The notes beneath the pieces were generated by a model. That model was not told where the DNA came from. It saw only the letters and a list, made by a program, of their open reading frames with translations, and did no database searches. 64,000 nucleotides of DNA from Eutreptiella sp. 'Long Island Sound 2002' (taxonomy: Eukaryota; Protista; Euglenida), in assembly GCA_964036045.1 (NCBI GenBank), contig OZ038378.1, positions 23,870,001-23,934,000 on the forward strand, given 5' to 3'. Each line of letters starts with the position of its first letter. Position 1 is the first letter of the stretch. The position numbers were made by a program, and so were the translations under genes. Shown here one piece after another: positions 50,956 to 60,689 of this stretch.

Positions 50956-51374
50956 TGCACCGGACAGGAATACAAACAACATACCTACATGGTGCAGACA
51001 AAGGCAAATATTTCGTAACGGGGTTACAGAATGGGGGGTGTTGCATTTGGCATGGCCCAGATATTGCCGCGCCACTACCTTGCTAGTCTGGGGTTCACCT
51101 GGTCCTAGATCGTACAACAAAACATCACCCTTATTTTGTGAGGGGACAGGTAGGGAGAGCCAAAATGCCGTGGCACACCTATGGGTGACGGACATATGTT
51201 CGCCGGTGTTGGACTGGGGGTGTGCGAGCCCCTGGCTCTGGACGTGCTGAATACGGTTGCCAACGGTCGGGGAACCGTGGCTGTCCTTGGGGTCGACCAC
51301 TGGCTACTTGGGGTTTGGCTTGGGGGCGTTTGGGAGGGGGTAAGTCACCACGAGCCATCTGCGTAAGCGTGCGC

Positions 51375-52585
51375 ACGTCCAAGCACTGCGAACATGTGTG
51401 GATTGGGCCACGGTAGTGTTTTTTGGAGGGTGTGGGGCTCACTAGGTCGAGTGTAGACCATCCGTCAATAATGATTTGAGGACAAAAATCCATGCCAAGC
51501 ACTACAAACATGTGTGGACTGGGCCACGGTAGTGTTTTTTGGAGGGTGTGGGGCTCACCAGGCCCAGTGTAGACCATCCGTCAATAATGATTTGAGGACG
51601 AAAAACCATGCCGATGGATGTGTCGTGCTTTGGTCTAGTGGTTTGCTACGTGTGCTTCTGTTCTGTGATTGTAGGTTCGAATCTTGGGGGACGAAGGGCT
51701 ATGCGCAAAGGAGTGCCCAGGTTGATTTGCCAGCGGGCGAGGCAACAAAGAGGGTGGAATTGCACAATATGAAAAGGCGCTGAAGACAGGTTTTTTCATG
51801 CACAACATTTCACGTAGTGGCAATTGGAGGACTTACCGAAAATTACAGGAATTAGAGGACCCACCAATGCGAGTGTAGACCATCCGTAAATAATGATGTG
51901 AGGACAAAAAACCATGCCAAGCAGTGCAAACATGTGTGGACAGCGCCACGGTAGTGTTTTTTGGAGGGTGTGGGGCTCACCAGGCCGAGTGTAGACCATC
52001 CTTCAATAATGCTTTGAAAACAAAAAACCATGCCAAGCACTGCGAACATGTGTGGACTGGGCCACGGTAGTGTTTTTTGGAGGGTGTGGGGCTCACCAGG
52101 CCCAGTGTAGACCATCCGTCAAAATGATTTGAAAACAAAAAACCATGCCAAGCACTGCGAACATGTGTGGATTGGGCCACGGTAGTGTTTTTTGGAGGGT
52201 GTGGGGCTCACCAGGCCGAGTGTAGACCATCCGTCAAAATGATTTGAAAATAAAAAGCCATGCCAAGCATTGTGAACCTGTGTGGATTGGGCCACGGTAG
52301 TTTTTTTTGGAGGGTGTGGGGCTCACCAAGGCGAGTGTAGACCATCCGTCAATAATGATTTGAGGACAACAAACAAGGCCAAGCACTGCAAACATGCGTG
52401 GATTGGGCCACGGTAGTGTTTTTTGGAGGGTGTGGGGCCCACCAGGCCGAGTGTAGACCATCCGTCAATAATCATTTGAGGACAAAAAACCATGCCAATG
52501 TCAATAATGGTTTCAAAAAACCAGGCCAAGCAGTGCAGTCATAAAACCGCTGGAAAGAATGAATGGCACTGAGTGTAGATCATCC
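51375..52585 (-). repeat. 116-bp tandem array, inverted (right arm), interrupted at ~51613-51865
   Basis: Reverse complement of the 46123-47490 unit. Confidence 0.95.
51625..51695 (+). ncRNA. tRNA-derived SINE-like head interrupting the right arm
   Basis: A box TGGTCTAGTGG and B box GGTTCGAATC at tRNA-like spacing. Confidence 0.55.
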
Positions 52586-52599
52586 AGCCAAGAACCATT

Positions 52600-54250
52600 G
52601 CACCACATCATCACCTCTCAGGTATGACCACACACCATGAATTCGTGGTTGAGCTCCAGGGATTGGTCTACCATGTATGTGGTCCTACCGACCTCTCCCG
52701 CCTCCAAGTTTTCGCCTTCCTCCTGCCCAACGTCGTGACTAGTGATTGGGTCGCCACGCATGGGCGGCTTTTTCCAAGGGAGGAGCCTACCAGTGTCCAG
52801 GCCCTCTAGGATTTACGACAACAAGCCCCCTGTGGCATACGCGTAGCGCGGCGCATCCTGTGTCGCCCTCCCCTTTCCTCCTGGGCCCTACACGAGGCAT
52901 AGGTTGCAGAACAGCATCCGCGATATGTGCGGCATCAAGGTGTTGCATCAGTGCGGGTTGTCCGTGCGCTGAACAGGTTGCAGCCTGGGTTTGGATGGAC
53001 GGTTGAGCGCCTCCACCAGGCAGAGGACACTCAATTACCCTTTTTTGACCGGTCCCTCCAGAATAGTTCCCTGCTGGCCCAGATTGTAGGCACCCTCCTC
53101 TGGGGTAGCAGTCTGTGTGTAGGGTTGGGTCGCAACCAACCCCCACCCCCAAATTGTGTGTTGTCCCTATGTGTCTATGCCGATGGGTACAGACCCCGAG
53201 GGTGGGGGGATGTAAACATCAAGGTGTGTCTGATTGATGAGGGGGGGGTTCACCTTTTCCAATAAGGGCGCATATTCCGCAATGCATGTTGCTGTTGACA
53301 TGGAGAGAGATGTTGAAAAACGACTACGACCTATGGGTCCGACGGGGACGTGCCGAGGAACTGAATAAGCTTCAGAAGACACTGTTTTACCTTCTGGTGC
53401 AGCGGGGGGGCTGCAAGCATAATGTCAGTGTCCGGGTGCAATTTAGGTTTTTTACCGCCGACCACCACCATTTGTGGTGGGAATGTGGGGGAAGGTGTTG
53501 TGTTGTGTGTCCGTGGCAGCGGCATCAGGGTTTTCCAATCTGACCCACTCCAGGTCGTGGGGAGAATGTTCAGTGCTGTTGAAGGTTTGGCTCAAGCATT
53601 TTTGAGTCAACCGATACTCCACAATTTGAAGGGAGGGATCAGCCGTGCCTGTGGGGTAGTAGGGCACATACTCCCAGCAGATGATGTATGTGCAATGCAT
53701 CGATATATATGTGCCGTTGCGCCTCGGTACAAGTTGGGGGACGTTCCGCAGGACATCAAACAGTAATGTAGCCTCGTGAGACGCCGATTTCGCAACGGGG
53801 TTTCTTTCACTAGCCGTGAGACGCGGGAATTTGCAGCGCTGATAGCACAGGACTGCATCCTCCCGCTCCCTTTTCATCTGTTGTTTTTGTCTTTCTGCCA
53901 TGTGGTAGTCCTGCTCTATGCCTCAGATCTTGGCCTACCCTTGGGGGTATGGCGGGCGTGGGGCAACATCCATTTGGGGCAAAATCCATGTATACCTGAT
54001 CCATTTGATCATGGAGTATGCAGACAGTGGGTCAACAGCCACACTTTATTTGCACGGCCTTACGCACGCCTTCTCCCAAGCACACCCGCCCATCCAATAC
54101 AGCGATGAGGCAGGGGAGCGTGATCTGCGTCTTGGCAAGACATTTGCCACTCTAACCACCACTTGCCTTGAAGATAGCATTAGGGAAACACTCACTCATG
54201 AGCTTTATATTAAGTTCTAGGTCCGCAAAAGCAGGCGGTCGCAAGTACAC
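52600..54250 (+). mobile_element. Highly degenerate non-LTR retrotransposon RT region
   Basis: Motifs align with the 197-2466 LINE at matching spacing: VCLID..HLFQ (~53230), LFYLLVQ (~53385), FRFFTADH (YADD, ~53450), VGHILP (~53660) and YGGRG about 96 aa later (~53950). Confidence 0.6.
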
Positions 54251-54852
54251 TTGTGGAAGCCTGTCCGACGGGCGTTAGTGTTGGAACAGTGTGTTCTGAG
54301 TGCGTCGCCGGAGTGGCGTGTCATTGTGGAGTGCATTTTGCGGCCACTATTGGCACTGCCAACCATTAGGGTCCTTTGCCACCTGCAGACCCAATCGCTG
54401 CTAGTGTAGCTTGGGAGTGAAGTGGATGCGCATGATGTCTACTACATTTGTGGACGCTGCAGGTCTGAACGTAGTGGTAGGCGTGAGTGGGTGGCATTCT
54501 AGTTAGAAGTACTACAAGTGTGGCCCACCTTTTCCTACGTTTCAGTGGGTTCCTTTGTGCCCAGCCGTTAGCGTAGGGCAGAGGCCAAGGCACAAAGAAG
54601 GGTAAAGAGAAAGGGTAGGGTGTGTACTGTACAGGATGCCCAAGAGGTGTTGGTTGTTCCTAATCCGTCGCAAGTGGACTCGTCCGCGGAGTACGTGCCG
54701 CCTGGGCACGTGCTTGAGGGAGATGGCAATGCACAGCGCATTTTGCCAATGCGGTCAGCGAAGCTGCATTGGCATTGTAGTTGATGCACAGGATTCGTCC
54801 GAGACTGAGGGGATCCCCAGTCAGACATAGGCGACTCCCCGAGTGCATGGCA

Positions 54853-54915
54853 GTGAGAGTTGGAGTGAGAGTGGGAGTGAGAGTGGGAGTGAGAGTGGGA
54901 GTGGGAGTGGGAGTG
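54853..54915. repeat. (GAGTGA/GAGTGG)n hexamer microsatellite
   Basis: Direct reading. Confidence 0.9.
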
Positions 54916-56419
54916 ATGCCTCGGATGGTGACACAACCAGCAGTGCTTTCACAGTCAGCAGTTTTGACCCTGAGGCTGCCGCACCCGCACCGCCTCCGCA
55001 AAAAAAGTTCCGTAGGACGGCCCCGCGCTCTGCACAACGCTTGTCCCAGCGGCCAGCCCCTGTTGTCGTCGATGTTGATGCAGCATCTAGCTCAGCACCC
55101 GTAACCCATTTGCTGAGTGAGGGGGACTTCTTCCCTACCGACACTGAAGCTGCTTTGAAACAGGAGACCAAGCCATAACTCATTCGTGTTGTTGTGTATG
55201 TCTGTGTTTGTGCATGCAGGGTGGGGAGGACTAGCCGGGCTGGGCGGGAAGCGGGCTGTGGCGGAAGGGGGGCAGGGCGGAGGGGGGGAACCCGGCGCTC
55301 CGTGAGTCGGGTCTAGCATCAGGACCCTGTGATTGGCCACGGCTGGCCATGGTCGCCGGGGCAGCTTCTCTTTGAGGAGTGGCGGAGCATTGTACATTAG
55401 TGAACTTTATATATGGGTGATGGTGGTGGTGGTGGTGGTGCTTGGAGGGGCGGTGAATTTGGCTTTTTTTTTACATATAAGGTGTTTTGGGGGGGGGGGG
55501 TCATTGTATGATCGTCCCTAGGTATGGTGCACACCTCACACTGAGCGTGCGCACCCTAAATCGGCTCCAAAAACGCTTCCGATGTCGGAAGCAATGCTTC
55601 CGATGAATGGTTGCAAATTGCTGACCACAGTTGGGTGCAGTGCCTTCACCGATCAGTCGGGGAAAGCGCTTCCGATGTCGGAAGCAACGCTCCCGATGGG
55701 CGGAGCATGATTGGACCCGTTGCTGACAATGTTGCCAGCAAAATTGGAAGAATGACTGTCACCAAGGGTTGGCATGGTGCCAAGTATTTCGGTGCCAAAA
55801 AAAAATTCCGTGCTGTGCGTTTGAGCGACATGTGATGTAGTTTTTACCCTATTTTGGGTGTGTGTTGCTTGGGGTAGATTCTTTGCGAGGTGGACTTGCC
55901 GAAGGCAATAGAATTTCGTATTTCAAATGTGTGTGAAATTTCCCGCTCAATTTTCAGGCCACTGTGCGAAATAAATCCGGTGCGAAATTTAGCCACTGGG
56001 GCGCATTTTCACTACCTCTTTTTGTTCTCTCGCTTTTGAGCTTCTCAGTGTGGGAAGAGGATCCACGCGGCCCCAGAATCTGGACTCCCTCCCCGGCTGG
56101 AGGGTGTCTACACACCCACAGTCCACGCGGACGTCCTGGGGAGGGGGAAAGGCTCTGGGGATTCAACGATCAGGGTCACGGATCAAGGAATCCCAGATAA
56201 TGAGGGAATTGGTGTTTGTTGTGCCCCAGAGCACATAACGGGGCTGAATTGCCTTGGACCTTGGGACATGGGATTGAGAACCAGGTCATGCAGGAACCCC
56301 CTGAAAGTAAACAACGCAATCCTGGAAGCTTTTGGAAATTCGCAAAACAATCCTGGAACCCGCTGGAATTCGGCAGAGCAACGCAGGAACTGCCCAGTAG
56401 TAAACAGTACAATCCTTGA

Positions 56420-56524
56420 ACGGTGCGAAACTTCCCGCGGGATTTTCAGGCCATTGTGCGAAATAAACCCGGTGCGAAATTTTCTCGTGCGAAAAATTCC
56501 CAGTGCGAAAATCCCCCCCCCCCC
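56420..56524. mobile_element. Family B right terminus (partial element; related fragments at 55910-55995 and 42285)
   Basis: GCGAAATAAACCCGGTGCGAAATTT...GCGAAAATCCCCCCCCCCCTG|TA. Confidence 0.65.
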
Positions 56525-56794
56525 TGTAGGGGAAAGCTCATCCCCACTACTGTGCCCCCCCCCCCCCAAAAGTTCCAGAGTCATGTTGCTCAGAATCCCA
56601 AGCTTTCTTGCTGGTCCATGAAAAGCGCACATTGCCTGGGATTTTAGCTGAGTGGGTGGGTGCGCGGGTGGGTGGGTAGTGAATGAGGGAAAGATCTGTG
56701 GCAAACGGACGGAAATATCAATAAATGGGGAAAGACTTGCTTGTAGAGTGCGAGAAACAATAATCCTGCCCAAAGATCTGTTTTCGTTTTGTAG

Positions 56795-56928
56795 GCATCC
56801 TCGTGGAGTGCGGCTCAGCTGCGAGAATTCAGAACAACGCCATCAACGAATGTTCGGTGGGCATTATGGTCCGTGAGCAAGGCACAGCACCCGTCATCGA
56901 ATCGAACACCATCTCCGGATCGTTGGAG
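56795..56928 (+). CDS. Beta-helix/C2 protein, PbH1-repeat exon
   Basis: Acceptor TTTTGTAG; phase-1 join with 41440 gives P|GILVECGSAARIQNNAINECSVGIMVREQGTAPVIESNTISG. Confidence 0.85.
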
Positions 56929-57069
56929 GTGTGTGAACAATGCCATGCTGTAGACTTAGGGGCGTATGATGATCAGTCCCTGGTCACCCGTGTTTCAAGG
57001 CTGCACAGGTGGAGCATGGTCATGCAACTTTGATCAGCGTGCTGTGCCCGTTGCGTTTGCTCTCTGCAG

Positions 57070-57213
57070 GACCATATCGAAGTGGATTGCATGGCACAAC
57101 CCACGATCAAGCACAACCTGTTGGAGCGCAGTGCAGGCCGAGGCATTGCGTTTTTGACGTATTCTGGGGGAACAGTCTCCAGCAACGAGATTGTGGGAAG
57201 TCGTTTGGCACAG
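57070..57213 (+). CDS. Beta-helix/C2 protein, PbH1-repeat exon (gene continues beyond the window)
   Basis: Acceptor CTCTGCAG and donor CAG|GTGTGT; encodes DHIEVDCMAQPTIKHNLLERSAGRGIAFLTYSGGTVSSNEIVGS. Confidence 0.85.
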
Positions 57214-57452
57214 GTGTGTCTCAACCTCTCATTTTGTCACCCCCCCCACAACTGTACCGCAGCCCACAAGCAGGTCACACACAAGACGTACTCTTCATCG
57301 TTGTGACCTCCCTCCTGCTACTGCTGGAACCCACCATACCTGTCGAGGGCTATCGCTACCTCTGCTCCTATGGGCGGCAGACACGCAGGAGATACACACA
57401 CCGCAACTGGTGCCCGTACACGCCACGGAAACTGCACGTACCAAAGATAAAT

Positions 57453-57880
57453 ATGCCACCCTCCCTCAAATGGTGGGCAGTGTTTCTCCTGGCCTATACC
57501 GCGATGTGCCTGACCACGCCGACAACATCGGCGTCGCCCATAATCCACCAGTGCCATTTCGCACCACCCATAGGCTACACCCCGCTGAGCCCGTACAACC
57601 ATAGATACACCACCAGTTGGGTCCTAATGTGTGGGGACGTACACCCCAACCCGGGACAACGTAGGATACATATCTTAAACAACCGAACTCGGTGCTTGTG
57701 CGCCACGAGTCCACCTACAAGACGTAGATGCATGCGGCAGACAGTTGTTGACCAAGACACTCCGGGACCTAAAACAACTGCAGCACACCACATGGCACCA
57801 CAACACGGACATGAAGCTGGCGTCGTGGAACGTGCAGGGCACACAGGGAACAATCCGCCTCCAACGATGGGCTAACATCC
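57453..57880 (+). mobile_element. 5' fragment of a LINE ORF: hydrophobic leader, 2A-like GDVHPNPG and start of an APE endonuclease
   Basis: MPPSLKWWAVFLLAYTAMCL..., VLMCGDVHPNPGQ (57627-57659), MKLASWNVQG (57811). Confidence 0.7.
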
Positions 57881-57899
57881 TACGACTAACACCGCAGCT

Positions 57900-59285
57900 A
57901 CCAACAGGCGTAACATGGCCCGACGTCTACGACACCCTACTAGAGCCCTCGAAGCGGTAGACGGGAACGGCACCATCATCTACGGTGCAGCATGCCCATT
58001 GCCCGCACGGGTGAGTCACTTGTGCCAGTGCCGCCCCATACCTCCTGTAGATGTACAGCAGCCTGGACCCCAGTACCATTGGCTTCCCATAGCCATTGAC
58101 GGCACCACCCGGCACGAGGCCGGCTACGTGCATTGCACAATGGGGTTACCACTAGTCCTTAGTCTGACGAGCTGGCAAGTTGGTGGCTGATGGGAGGCTC
58201 CGAGCAGTGGAGCACCACCTATGCACTCCGTGCAAGAGGTGGATTTTGACCAGGAGCTGGTTGATGCAAGCAAGGTCACCACCGTAGACACTGCACGGGC
58301 AACGCGACAACCCCTCTTTTTCCTTTGCGGCAATGGAAAGGCGCAAATCTTACTAAGTGGGTCCAAGAACTGGAAAATTGTGTGTTGGGTATGTGGTCGC
58401 AGTAGGGCTAATTGGTGGGCCAATTTTGGCGCCAGGCAAACAATAGAAATGATGTGGGATGCCAACCTCCCCATCAATGCTGTTTACCGGCACATCTCTA
58501 CCGCACACTGCATCCCCGATCATGGGTTGCACGGTGTTATGTGGGTTTGTATATGTGGTATATATGGCATGAGGGATGTTGTAGTGGCAGCCACTGGCAA
58601 GTCGCTTGTGGTGGTGGCCCACACCCTCCTCCAACGTATACTAAACGTGGCCCGGCTAGCGGCGAAAACATGTACGCGAGGGATTGTAAATTCTGAGGGG
58701 GCCAATGAAAAGGGAAAGATCCGACTTGAGTGTGCTGCAGCAGTGCACTTCATGCGGAACAAGGGGTGGGACACCCTAATAGATAAGGGGGGGATGGAAG
58801 GGGGGCGTCTTGCAGGATAGCTGTGGGTGGACGTATGCCGCAAGTGGTGGACCAGTTTTAGTGCCATGTGTGTGTTTGCATGGCAGACACGGTGGTTCAT
58901 TGGGGGTGACCTAAAGCGGTTGAGGGAGTATGGTATTGCAATGGGTGAAGCCCGTCTACAGTTGCAATGGGGGAACCTTTTGTGGTCCCACTTGTGGATA
59001 GACCACATGTATTTTTTTGCTCGCCAGTGGCGAATCCTCTCCAAATTTGCATGTTTTGCAATGGAGGGGAGCCACCTGCGACTGAAGTGCATGTTGCGCA
59101 ATAGTGGGGGCCCAAGCCTCTTGCGGGGCAAGTTGGGCCTGTAGGTGGTTGTAGATAACCACACCATTGATGACAGTCTCCGCCGCGAGGGATGGGATCC
59201 CACCAAGCGGAGCATGCACGGCCAAGGGCCCATAACTGTGCGACTCCTTGCCGCTCGAGCACGCCGAAAGGCACTTATTGATTGA
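57900..59285 (+). pseudogene. RAG1/Transib-type DDE transposase, degenerate
   Basis: IAIDGT (D1); FLCG[N]GKAQ..SG..CWVC (D2 position plus CxxC); PDHGLHG; SHLWIDH (H-x4-H); ILSKFACFAMEGSHLRLK (E). Frameshifts and stops near 57960, 58190, 58820 and 59142. Confidence 0.7.
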
Positions 59286-60689
59286 CCTAGTCTATGTTAA
59301 AACTTTGCAGCAGCAATTCCGGGCCTGGAAGAGGCGGTGTTGACACACGAACTATATCCTTGGGGGTGCAAAGTTACCTCGGAAATGGTAACTTACTCAC
59401 GGGTCCAAAATGCCGTTTTGGTGAAACAATCTCTTAGGAGTGTGCACAGAAAACCAATTTGAAAAATATTTGACATAAGGCGTTCCACGGTACCAATAGC
59501 AATTTATTCTGCTGCTGGCAGTAGAACATGGGCGGATCAAGGCACTATGTCCACATGTGTCGAAGATATGTTCCTATGGGTGTATCAAGGGGGGGAGGGG
59601 TTGGCGCAGGGTTGTCTACATGTACATGGGTTTATGTCATATCGAACAGGCCCACGCACGTGTTCTGTGCCTATTACGGAAGGGAATACAACCCTCTCGG
59701 CGGGTGAAAAGGGAGGTACTCGTTGGTACTGTCTGTTTCGTTCCGTCTACACGGCTCGTACTATAGAGTACACCCGGTTATGCAGTACCTGGGGCGCATC
59801 ACATGGCTACTAGTGTTGCAATTAGTAGCCTAGCAGGCTTTTTACCGTTTTTGTTGTATCCTTTTATTGCCAGTAGTAGAACTACTGCAGTGCAATACAT
59901 GGTACTTAATACATGTTGTAGGACCATAAAACTATGGGCTATGCCCCTAGTGTACCCTGTATTACTCGGGTATATGCCCCTGTAGTGGGGGACCATGTTC
60001 TTGTGCGATATGCACCCGGTGGCCATGTCGACGACAGTGGGCATCGAACCTACATCCACAATTGACGATCCACCATGCATACCGCCGCACTAGACAACCG
60101 GGTACCGGATTTCCGGTTTTCATTTTTTATCAATTTTTTCCACGCAAAAAAAACACTGTTTCATGCATCGTATGTGTCACGTACAAGGTTTTCTGGGTCA
60201 TGGCCACTCTTTAATTGCTGTACAACACCTCCGACGCACATTTCTTTATATTTCCCCGTGCTGCAGGCCTGCAAGATAATTCCCACAATGATTCTACCGC
60301 TGGCAATAGAACAGGTCACGGTGTCCATCAAGGGTCACAACGTAATGCTGTGCTCTACTCTTACCCCATGGATTTCTACGTTGTCCAGCCTCGTCTGTTC
60401 ACCTGTTCACTTTAGTGTGCGCTGTCTGCATTTTGCGTTGCACCGCTTTCATGTTATACCCTGGTGCCTTTCACGACACAGGCCTTGTCGATGTATGGTT
60501 CCCGTCCCATTGTACACACAGGTTCTGTTGTGTTCTTATCAACATACACCGAAGACTATTGTCACAGGTATGTGTATGCTGTCCTCTGCATTAGTGTCCT
60601 GTTTGGCAAACGTTGGAACATAGATCAATGTCCGCCCTGTTGGGGTACCGTTCTACTGCTGGCAGTAGAATACACAGCGATGCGTTGAG

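Larger units (their letters stand above)
46123..52585. mobile_element. Large foldback-type element (~6.5 kb) with inverted arms made of 116-bp tandem repeats
   Basis: Left array on the plus strand (GGATGGTCTACAC...), right array is its reverse complement (GTGTAGACCATCC); internal minus-strand ORFs. Confidence 0.75.

Noticed and set aside
46123-52585. CRISPR-like appearance of the regular arrays (also the 84-bp and 190-bp arrays)
   Set aside because: Whole units repeat with no unique spacers, there are no cas genes and the context is eukaryotic
53160-53195. CVYADG as the RT catalytic motif
   Set aside because: Spacing to the other RT motifs fits the FTADH site at ~53450 instead
54843-55178. 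Ser/Glu-rich ORF with a basic patch
   Set aside because: Mostly microsatellite-derived with no domain; possibly a TE accessory gene tail but unsupported
56290-56420. Exon-like segment (VNNAILE...VVNSTILERC) near the beta-helix exons
   Set aside because: Made of short internal repeats between family B fragments, and 41440 already joins 56795 in phase
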